Of a stretch of DNA of 7,568 bases, positions 1 through 7,111 are shown one piece after another. Within the stretch, counting starts at the first letter, position 1; the number at the start of each line of letters is the position of its first letter. The notes under the pieces were generated by a model. That model had not been told where the DNA came from and did not search any database. It was given only the letters and a program-made list of their open reading frames with translations. The position numbers were made by a program, and so were the translations under genes. Source of the DNA: Adineta steineri (lineage: Eukaryota); assembly GCA_905250035.1 (NCBI GenBank), contig CAJNOE010000390.1, forward strand, positions 68,101 through 75,668, read 5' to 3'.

Positions 1-1176
1 TTCTTATAATAAGTAGATCGAATAACTAAAGACGTGATTATGACAAACGAATGTTCAATAAGACTTCTTTTCATAGTAATATGAATGTTATGAGTGACTA
101 AGTGACCTTTGTTAAATAACATAACGATGGTTATTTGATCCATCTTCTTTTGTCAAAACTTCTTTTAACAAATATTGGATGATCGAGAATATACGTAAAA
201 ATCGTTCGATGATGTAATTAGCAATATTGATAGTTAAGATAAAATAGTATCCTGATTTAATGATATTTTATTAATTATTATTTTCTGTCTCAAATTCAAT
301 AATTGGGTGTGGGTGCTTGCGGACGAAAGTAAAAGAAGTCTCCAATCTACATTCTCAAGTATTACGCATAAAGAAAATGATTGATAGCGTACGACTAATC
401 AATACGGCTTTTATGAGTATTAACTGATGATAAAATATTCAAAAATAACAATACTTACTTTATCTTCCATTAATATTCGAACAAATTTTAACCAAAATAT
501 ATAATTATATTACTTTTCTAGAATATAAGAATAACTACTTATTACAATGCTCTGCACGCAATAAAGCAAATTTAAAAATAGTTGTTGTCATTTTTTATAC
601 AATGGCATATGATGAAATACAAAAAATATGAAGAGAAAAGCGTAGAAGATTCCGCAAAATACGAAAAAGTTATAGAAAATGATAATATGAAATATTCTGA
701 TTAGCAAGATTGCTGTTACAAAGAAAAAAATCATGACATTAGCATAGATTATTAAAAAAATAGAATTTGAAAAATTTTGACAAATACTTTCTATTTATCT
801 ATATAATTCAGTTCATAAATGAAATCAATTGAATAGAATATAGAATATTTTCTTTTGTGTTTCAATAGAACGTTTATAATGATCATATCTTTGTCATATT
901 CATTTTTATCATCGATTTTGGCGATCCACCTTGATATTTTATAAAATAAAAATAATTATAAAATATTCTGTTAGTCAAACTAATCTTCTATAAAATATTT
1001 TTTTATAGAGTTGTGAGAATTTTTAGACATCACATAAAGTATTATGAAGTCCATGATTTTTTCATGAAAAGAATGAATACTGAATCTCAAGACTTGTACG
1101 ATTTCATAATGAAAACATGAGTCAATAAAAACAAAATCTCTCACGTTAATCTATATTAATTGAATAAAAATCATAC

Positions 1177-1313
1177 CTGTTGAACTAGTATTATCATTAT
1201 GTCTGGTGAGAATAAGCACTGTTGGCAACAGAATAGCGATCAGAATTGAGATGATAATAATAGCTAAAGAAATCCAAAAACATCCTCTTTTATCATTGAC
1301 TACGGACGATGTT
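1177..1313 (-). CDS. Putative exon 2 of the same gene, encoding a transmembrane helix; downstream exons not resolved
   Basis: The 53-nt intron 1314-1366 (GTAAGT...TTTTCTAG) joins in frame to (A)TSSVVNDKRGCFWISLAIIIISILIAILLPTVLILTRHNDNTSST(G). This has a basic KRG followed by a ~23-residue hydrophobic helix. The exon ends at a second donor, GTATGA (1176-1171). Reading through without splicing hits TAG after 9 codons. Several acceptor candidates lie downstream and none is convincing. Confidence 0.35.
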
Positions 1314-1366
1314 CTAGAAAATCTTTGTTTTTATTCTTAAATGAATAATATACAAATTAAACTTAC

Positions 1367-1407
1367 GCATCTTCAGATTGAAAACTGATTTCTACTTCTG
1401 TATCCAT
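1367..1407 (-). CDS. Putative exon 1 of a small single-pass membrane protein (hypothetical)
   Basis: On the minus strand, ATG at 1407 (A at -3, G at +4) gives ATGGATACAGAAGTAGAAATCAGTTTTCAATCTGAAGATGC = MDTEVEISFQSED(A). This is followed directly by a consensus donor GTAAGT (1366-1361). Confidence 0.35.
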
Positions 1408-3668
1408 AATTAAATGTTGAAATTCAAATAAAAGTTTTACTTAATAATAAGCCGTTTATCCAATTATGAAAATCTTTTTATATGTTCTAATAATCAGTAC
1501 ATTCTATTACGACCTCAAATAGAAATGTTTGGCTTTTCTTATTACCGGTAGTCGTGAGAATATCTTTTAAGTGTTGTTTCCTTTGTTTCTTATACTTGAC
1601 ATAGAACGTATGCTAACTACTAAATATATTTCAATGTCTGTGTAAATATTTATATCATGTCTTTCTAAAAATGACCTGAAAAAACAATATTTTTTTAGTG
1701 ATAAGCGAAAAATAAGTCATGCCTACTTTTTAATGTCGTCAATATGGACCCAGTTAGATTTTTTTTTCAATTACATTACTTGTATTGTGGTGCATTAATT
1801 GAGATTAAATATTAGTATAGTTTCTGTTAATATTAGTTCATAATAGAATTGTCCTCAGACAGTTTTCTTTCGATCTAACCGAACTTGACTTGAAGGCTAT
1901 GGCAAGCTACCTAACATTCCCCATCTTTCAAATTTGTCGAATTCGACATAATTACTACTACATAAAACGATTTTTTTTAACTAAATCAATGTGAGACGCA
2001 ATAGTGTGTAATGCATTGTTGTCAAATAATAATAATATTGAAATACATGAAAGAAAATTACTGTATCTAGATACTTTAGCAGATGAAAAATATATTCATA
2101 AATTTATTCTAAGCAACTATTGATTAGTCACAAAAACAAAATTTATTACCATATCCTTAAAATTGAAATTAATAAAATACTCGAATAGATTTATTATTAT
2201 AATATTTTGCTTGAAATCGTATACATCTAGAATTACCATTCATCTGTATAATACTATATTAAATATTTATAATATTATTTTTCTAAAAAAACTGTTCGCA
2301 TTATATTTTTGAAACTGTATGTTTTATTGTTTCAGTATAATCTTTTCTATACGTATGATGACTTTGTTTTTAAAATAAATTTATCAAACTAAGAGTAGAA
2401 CATAGACTTATAGTTAATCATTTATAAATCTTTAGAAGATTATTCTTATATCATTCATTTTAATTTCTATATTCATAAATGTTCTTCCGAAAGTACAATT
2501 ATATCATAAATAGAATTTCATTATTGCATAAATTCTTCTAAGTATTTGTAAATGATTTAAAGTAAAATAAGAATACTTCTTTGTAGCCTTTATTATTTCC
2601 TGTAATTTCATTTCACTAAAATTATAAGAATACAAATCCTGTCTTCACTATTGGCCTTGATTCATTTCAAAGAGAACTCACAATAATCTCGTGATTGATT
2701 TGAATAATAATGTGTTTGTTTTGGTGGTGATAAGACGAAAAAATGCTCGTGAAGTACAATTGATTCGTTCATTGACAAATCAAATTTCATCATGTTTTTT
2801 TTTCTTTCTCTTATTACCTTACCAAAATAGAACGAAATATTACTTGAGTCGATCATAGGGTTACTTAGTGTACTCCTTCAAATGACGTTGATAATATATT
2901 GCTAAGCTCATATTATAATAAATCAAATGAGAGCTGTACAGTTTTAAGCGATACTAAAACATTGTCATTGTTACATTCTTGCGTATGGTTTCTCATGATT
3001 TCAGCTTTTAAAATCAGTTTACTTTCTCTTGATTCATAGATAAGGCTGATGCCCAAGGTAAACGCTTGAAATAAATTTTTTTATCAATTATTCTGCTTTT
3101 ATATATCAGATTGGTAAGAACATTTTTTCGTTTACTTTAAATATTTGAGAGATTTCTAGAACTTTTCATACGAAGGGTATATAAAGTAGGTTTGAATATC
3201 TTTCGAACGATAATAAAATTATGGATATAGACGGTGTCTAATTAAATAATTGCTGGACACTAATTTTTTAGGTTAATAGATTTAATACCACGATCCTTTC
3301 CGAAGATAAATATAAGAGCAATTAACAAAGACAGACTAAATAATCTCATACAGTGGTCTATTTAATTTCAATTTCGGTTTCGATAATAGAGATTGAGAAA
3401 TTTGGGAATATTAACAGTAGCGAAAGTTATCAAGATATCATGTTAGTGCAGAACGTTAGAGTACAAATGTTGTAAGAACCGCATCTTATTTCTATATCTG
3501 CAAAATCACCATGTTCATTGCGTAGGAGACATGTTGTTTTTCTTTTAAAATCTTGTTTGAAATGAAATAGATCATTGGCTCTTCGTCATAAAATTATTTA
3601 TTTATAAACGAAATTCTTTGACATTTAATGATATTAAATATTTGTTTTAGAAATTTATTGAACAAAAA

Positions 3669-3722
3669 ATGATAATAATACATTTGTTTTACGTTTTATT
3701 AATTTTTCAAACAATAGTTGGT
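3669..3722 (+). other. Predicted N-terminal signal peptide of the MRJP/yellow-like protein
   Basis: MIIIHLFYVLLIFQTIVG followed by DNR. This gives a short n-region, an uncharged hydrophobic core, and small residues (V-G) before the polar mature N-terminus. The cleavage site is judged by eye only. Confidence 0.65.
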
Positions 3723-4751
3723 GATAATCGACTCATTGAAGTAGCTCAATCACCTGATTATCAATGGAATGGTGTTGCTTTATCAAAAACTAATCGAATA
3801 TTTGCTGCATTTCCTCGAGCAACGGGTGATGTTACTCTTTCTGTTGCTGAAATTTTATCTAATAATATATTGAAACCATATCCTGGTGGTGACTGGAATA
3901 CATTTAATCCAACAACATCGTATGACAATCCTGATAAACGTTTTGTTAATATTAATGCTATTTTAACTGATACACAAAATAATCTTTGGGTTGTTGATAG
4001 TGGAATGGTTGGAAATAAAACATATGTCAATGGTTCAAAACTCATCAAAATTAATCTAAGTACAAATAAAGTTGAACGAATTTATTCTACTTCAAGCTTA
4101 AATGCACCACCAGGATTTGCTTTAAATGATGTTAGAATAGGTTCTCAATATGCATTTTTAACTGAGTCTGGTCTTGGATCAGTAGTTATTATTGATTTAG
4201 AAAGTGGTCAAGTACGTCGTGTACTTGATCAACATCCATCAACTAAATTTGCATATCCAACTGTTGTTCGAATGGAAGGACGAGTTGTATTAGATACAAA
4301 TGGTAAACCAAAAAAAATGCCAAATAATAATCTTGAGTTAACACCTGATGAAACTATTCTTTACTATAAACCTTCATTTTCTTATAATTGGTTTCAAATT
4401 GCAACTAACTATTTATTAGATGAATCAATGAATGAAAGTCAACTTGGTGGAAAAGTTTCTACGAGTTGGAAAACAATGCCTACTGGTGGAACAACAATGG
4501 ATGATCAAGGTTTTATTTATTTAATGGATTTAGAAAGACAAGCAATCTGGCAACAAAGTATTCTTGATGGTTCATGGAAATTAATTGTACGTGATGAAAG
4601 AATTATTTGGGGAGATGCATCTGATGTCAGTCAAGATGGATATTTATATGTACCTATGTCACAAAATAATAATATACCATCGTTTAATAATGGAACAAAT
4701 CAAGTTATTAAACCTTTTAAAATGTATAAAATTAAAATCAATTCAGCTTAA
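3669..4751 (+). CDS. Secreted major royal jelly protein / yellow family protein (MRJP-like), single exon, apparently intact
   Basis: Uninterrupted 360-aa ORF with ATG 3669 in an AAAAAATG context and TAA at 4749-4751. The translation carries blocks I recognise from insect Yellow/MRJP and bacterial homologues: NRIFAAFPR (cf. NRLFVTVPRW), PYPGGDW (cf. PYPDW), NLWVVDSG (cf. RLWVLDTG; nt 3987-4004), YAFLTESGLGSVVIIDL, LYYKPSFSYNWFQIATNYL, DDQGFIYLMDLERQAIW and DVSQDGYLYVPMSQ. These blocks appear in the family order. There are five N-x-S/T sequons (NKT, NGS, NLS, NES, NGT). Possible poly(A) signal AATAAA at 4864-4869; TATAAA at 3603-3608 lies 61 nt upstream of the ATG, but both are weak evidence in AT-rich DNA. 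Confidence 0.9.
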   Translation: MIIIHLFYVLLIFQTIVGDNRLIEVAQSPDYQWNGVALSKTNRIFAAFPRATGDVTLSVAEILSNNILKPYPGGDWNTFNPTTSYDNPDKRFVNINAILTDTQNNLWVVDSGMVGNKTYVNGSKLIKINLSTNKVERIYSTSSLNAPPGFALNDVRIGSQYAFLTESGLGSVVIIDLESGQVRRVLDQHPSTKFAYPTVVRMEGRVVLDTNGKPKKMPNNNLELTPDETILYYKPSFSYNWFQIATNYLLDESMNESQLGGKVSTSWKTMPTGGTTMDDQGFIYLMDLERQAIWQQSILDGSWKLIVRDERIIWGDASDVSQDGYLYVPMSQNNNIPSFNNGTNQVIKPFKMYKIKINSA

Positions 4752-4869
4752 TCTATTACTATACTTTGAAGATTTTTCTTCTTTTATTCAATTTTTTTTA
4801 TATATCTAATATAACTAAATTCATTTTATATTTATCTTAAGGTTTTATTTATCTTTTTATCTCAATAAA

Positions 4870-5494
4870 TTATAATATCATGTGAAGATTATGAGTTAGT
4901 GAATGTCGGTGGATGATTAAATAGCATGTAAATTTACTGTTTACTAAACACTTACCTACATCTATATTCACGTTCTTTATTATATTTGACTCGAGTATTA
5001 ATGTGAAATAACAAAATTTGTTAATGCTAAGATTGTAGAAAGTGATGATGAAGTTTGAATTGAAAAAGATTTTACTTTTAGATAGCTCATTACTAAGAAA
5101 AGTAAAATAAAATTTGTAGTTTAATTTTTGAAATCGTTGATAAAGAACATCTATATGATGTTTCTTCAAATCTTTTTGAATAAAATACATAAAAAAATCT
5201 TTTAATATTGTTTGTCTTATTGCTTTCGAATAAATATATAGGTCTATTAATTTAGACTCTAATCCACTTATCAATGAATGTAATTGTGGTTGTTGTTCGG
5301 TAGAAACTAAATGCAGTTTTCGTATTATTCCCAACGTATCTGGTATTCTTGGTGGTCTTTCGCTTCACGATACTAAATACAGAACCTAGTGAAATACGAT
5401 ACTTTTTGGATAAAGTTTCTTGAGATAAACCATTATTATAATCAAAAATTAGTTCTATTTTCTTGTGTAAGGTTAAATCACGTCTTACTGCCAT
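4870..5494 (-). pseudogene. pogo/Tigger-like transposase remnant: HTH_psq/CENP-B N-terminal DNA-binding domains only, frameshifted, DDE core missing
   Basis: From ATG 5494, MAVRRDLTLHKKIELIFDYNNGLSQETLSKKYRISLGSVFSIVKRK fits the pattern (K/R)R..LT..EK.EII......G.S...LA..Y.IS..T.S.ILK.K. Similarity then continues in another frame, with a shift somewhere between ~5335 and ~5375. That stretch reads RKLHLVSTEQQPQLHSLISGLE...KAIRQTILKDFFMYFIQKDLKKHHI (cf. the second CENP-B/Tc5 HTH ending FK.RH.I). The ORF ends at 4870 with no recognisable D-D-E catalytic region. The track start at 5539 is GTG, not ATG. Confidence 0.55.
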
Positions 5495-5715
5495 ACGTTG
5501 TTCGAAACGTACAACACTCGAATCATATACAAAAGGCACCTACTTTTAGTGCAAAGAAAACATGACAGAAAGTAGAAAGAAGTCAAAAGAACATCATATA
5601 GATGTTTATATTGGAGGAATGCATTTCCAACAAAAATCACTCCGTCGGATCTGAGATCGTTCATAAAACGGAGTTGTTTACTATCGAGGGATGTTCACTA
5701 TGAGAGGTTTCACTG
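4879..5715 (-). mobile_element. Decayed, truncated pogo/Tigger-like (Tc1/mariner superfamily) DNA transposon fragment
   Basis: Read on the minus strand from 5715, the element starts TA|CAGTGAAACCTCTCATAGTGAACATCCCTCGATAGTAAAC. This gives a TA target dinucleotide at 5716-5717, a CAGTG head, and subterminal direct repeats of the kind typical for pogo/Tigger termini. It is followed by a 7-bp stem (5639-5645 / 5668-5674) and then a CENP-B/psq-type HTH ORF. The left boundary is uncertain: TCATGTGAAG...TAGTGAA at 4878-4904 is only a weak match to the head. Confidence 0.55.
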
Positions 5716-5717
5716 TA
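5676..5717 (-). repeat. Transposon terminus with three tandem subterminal repeat units and a flanking TA
   Basis: On the + strand the units are GTTTACTATCGAGGG (5676-5690), GTTCACTATGAGAGG (5693-5707) and TTTCACTG (5708-5715), followed by TA (5716-5717). The shared core is GTT(T/C)ACTAT ... GAG. Confidence 0.55.
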
Positions 5718-5771
5718 TATTAAAAGACGATCTCGATCACATGATTTATCCTTCTAGACCAACAATTTCTA

Positions 5772-5822
5772 CAGTGAAATCTGATCTGAAAAGCAAGAAA
5801 TGAACACATGGAAATGCACTCA
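5772..5822 (+). repeat. Second, degenerate pogo-like terminus facing the first one head-to-head
   Basis: TA (5770-5771) is followed by CAGTGAAAT (5772-5780). TTTCACTGTA (5708-5717) and TACAGTGAAA (5770-5779) form a perfect 10-bp inverted repeat. Further colinear blocks are shared with the first terminus: ATGAAC (5800-5805 vs rc of 5659-5664) and TGGAAATGCA (5809-5818 vs rc of 5620-5629). Spacing is shorter here, implying internal deletions. Confidence 0.35.
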
Positions 5823-5828
5823 GAAATA

Positions 5829-6076
5829 TGAGACGCATTTAAACGCGTTAAATATGTTTCAGACATGCGTTGAGAGGCATTTCATTTTTGCTAATTGCAC
5901 TTCAACCCGCTATATAGAAACAGTGCATCAAAATGCGTTTCAAAAGTTTTTTTTTAAATTGCGTCTCCACGCGTTTATTTTTGTCAAACCGTGTTTCAAA
6001 ACATTCATTTTGCATTTCGTGGACATATGAGCTGTTTTTCATGATAAAATATATAATTATTAACATAAAATGCGTT
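5829..6076. repeat. Dense array of TGCGT/ACGCGT-core motifs with a loose ~56-bp periodicity, immediately upstream of the ART-TPR gene; function unknown
   Basis: Motif positions: ACGCA 5833-5837, ACGCGT 5843-5848, TGCGT 5866-5870, TGCGT 5934-5938, TGCGT 5960-5964, ACGCGT 5969-5974 and TGCGT 6071-6075. TGCAC/TGCAT variants occur at about 5815, 5896, 5923 and 6010. GAGACGCA (5830-5837) and TGCGTCTC (5960-5967) are a perfect 8-bp inverted pair. GTTTCAAAA recurs at 5937-5945 and 5993-6001, with GTTTCA also at 5856-5861. Confidence 0.5.
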
Positions 6077-6133
6077 GGCAGACAATTAAAAAATTGAAAT
6101 AACAATCTAAATAGAAAGTGGATACACTATAAA

Positions 6134-7111
6134 ATGAACCACTTTCGTGTTTCTTTCGCCTGCGAATATTCTCAAGCTACTCAAATACATTACGTTCATA
6201 TTACGAATAACAAATTGTCAAAGTCAATGGCAACTAACAGATTAGATGATATGAAAAAAAATGAGTTAGCATCTAGTCTTTCGATGAGTGCAGTTGCAAA
6301 TCGACGTATGAACATGCAGAGAATGCAAAATGTCCTTTTAATTTGGTTAGACAACAATATTGATGATAATAATGCTGATTGTAGTAATACAATCAAACGA
6401 TTGAAACGTGTGGTTAAGAACGTAAACACGTTTACAGATAGCGATCAGTGTGTTGAATTTATTCAGACCATTACCAACAATAAGGTATGCATGATTGTTT
6501 CAGGTTCACTTGGACAATATATTGTATCTCATGTACATGATATGTCCCAAGTCGATACCATTTTTATTTTTTGTAACAATCAAGAATGGTATAAGCAATG
6601 GGCCAAAGAATGGCCTAAAATAAAAGGAGTCTTTACAGATATAACATCAATCTATGGAGCTCTTAAACAAGCTGCTCACCAATGTGAGCAAAATACTATT
6701 TCAATCAGCTTTATGGCATCAGACAAGGAAGTGGATCAATTAGATCCATCATTCATGTATACGCAGATCTTGAAAGAGATCTTATTAACCATCAACTTCA
6801 AAGAAGATCATTTCAAAGAATTTATTACTTATTGTCGCGAAGCATTTGCCGAAAATGAGTATGATTTACAACATATTAAAAAATTGGAAGGTCATTATCA
6901 TAAGCAAACACCGATTTGGTGGTACAATTATCGATGTTTTTTATATCCGATGCTCAATCAAGCATTAAGATTAATGGATGTTGATATTATTGTTCAAATG
7001 GGTTTCTTTATTAATGATTTGCATCGTGATATTCAACGATTGCATTCGCAACAATTTGATGGTCAACAATCTGATAAAACATTTACAGTTTACCGTGGAC
7101 AAGGTCTTTGA
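6134..7111 (+). CDS. Upstream ORF segment: unnamed alpha/beta N-terminal domain plus the first half of the ART domain, up to the YRG arginine
   Basis: 325-aa ORF. The block NVLLIWLDNNIDDNNADCSNTIKRLKRVV..FTDSDQCVEFIQ...KVCMIVSGSLGQ...VDTIFIFCNNQEWYKQWAKEWPKIKGVFTDI matches the N-terminal module I recall from the ART-TPR proteins hugely expanded in bdelloid rotifers. It is followed by LDPSFMYTQILKEILL...PIWWYNYRCFLYPMLNQALR...FTVYRGQGL. The biological start is more likely ATG 6227 (MATNRLDD...) than ATG 6134, because the first 31 codons have no family resemblance. Confidence 0.8.
   Translation: MNHFRVSFACEYSQATQIHYVHITNNKLSKSMATNRLDDMKKNELASSLSMSAVANRRMNMQRMQNVLLIWLDNNIDDNNADCSNTIKRLKRVVKNVNTFTDSDQCVEFIQTITNNKVCMIVSGSLGQYIVSHVHDMSQVDTIFIFCNNQEWYKQWAKEWPKIKGVFTDITSIYGALKQAAHQCEQNTISISFMASDKEVDQLDPSFMYTQILKEILLTINFKEDHFKEFITYCREAFAENEYDLQHIKKLEGHYHKQTPIWWYNYRCFLYPMLNQALRLMDVDIIVQMGFFINDLHRDIQRLHSQQFDGQQSDKTFTVYRGQGL

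Noticed and set aside
112-251. Open 46-codon stretch on the minus strand ending TAA at 112-114, preceded by an AG acceptor at 252-253 (…ILFILTINIANYIIERFLRIFSIIQYLLKEVLTKEDGSNNHRYVI*); possible terminal exon of the 1407 gene
   Set aside because: I cannot connect it in phase to exon 2 through any convincing intermediate exons. A stretch of this length can arise by chance in 7.5 kb x 6 frames, and it has no homology signal.
1935-1948. Perfect 14-bp palindrome TGTCGAATTCGACA
   Set aside because: A single 14-bp palindrome is roughly expected by chance once in a window of this size. It has no flanking repeats or partner sites.
2662-2856. Orphan 64-aa ATG-started ORF on the minus strand
   Set aside because: It has no recognisable domain, no flanking splice or promoter logic I can defend, and contains an internal GGTAAGGTAA donor-like site. 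It could be an exon of an unresolved gene, but there is nothing to support calling it.
3349-3391. Third TA|CAGTG head (3349-3355) with TCGATA at the same offset (~30) as in the 5715 terminus. This suggested a 2.36-kb pogo-sized element (3351-5715) that had captured the MRJP gene
   Set aside because: It is attractive because the size fits a full-length Tigger/pogo. However, positions 6-29 of the two putative TIRs match at only random level (about 5 of 24), so the resemblance is limited to two short words. I am not claiming it without genome-wide copies showing this boundary.
3761-4048. Antisense 95-aa ORF inside the MRJP gene; also the + strand off-frame ORF at 4585-4809
   Set aside because: Both lie wholly or mostly inside a strongly supported CDS in another frame or strand and have no family resemblance. 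These are shadow ORFs.
5800-6105. ORFs 5800-6030 (+) and 5902-6105 (-) in the spacer upstream of the ART-TPR gene
   Set aside because: Their peptide periodicity (NAF/HAF/RHF...) merely reflects the TGCGT/GTTTCA DNA repeat. The two overlap each other on opposite strands and have no homology signal. They are better explained as a non-coding repeat array.
6196-6429. Antisense 77-aa ORF inside the ART-TPR N-terminal region
   Set aside because: Shadow ORF opposite a well-supported coding frame, with no recognisable motifs.
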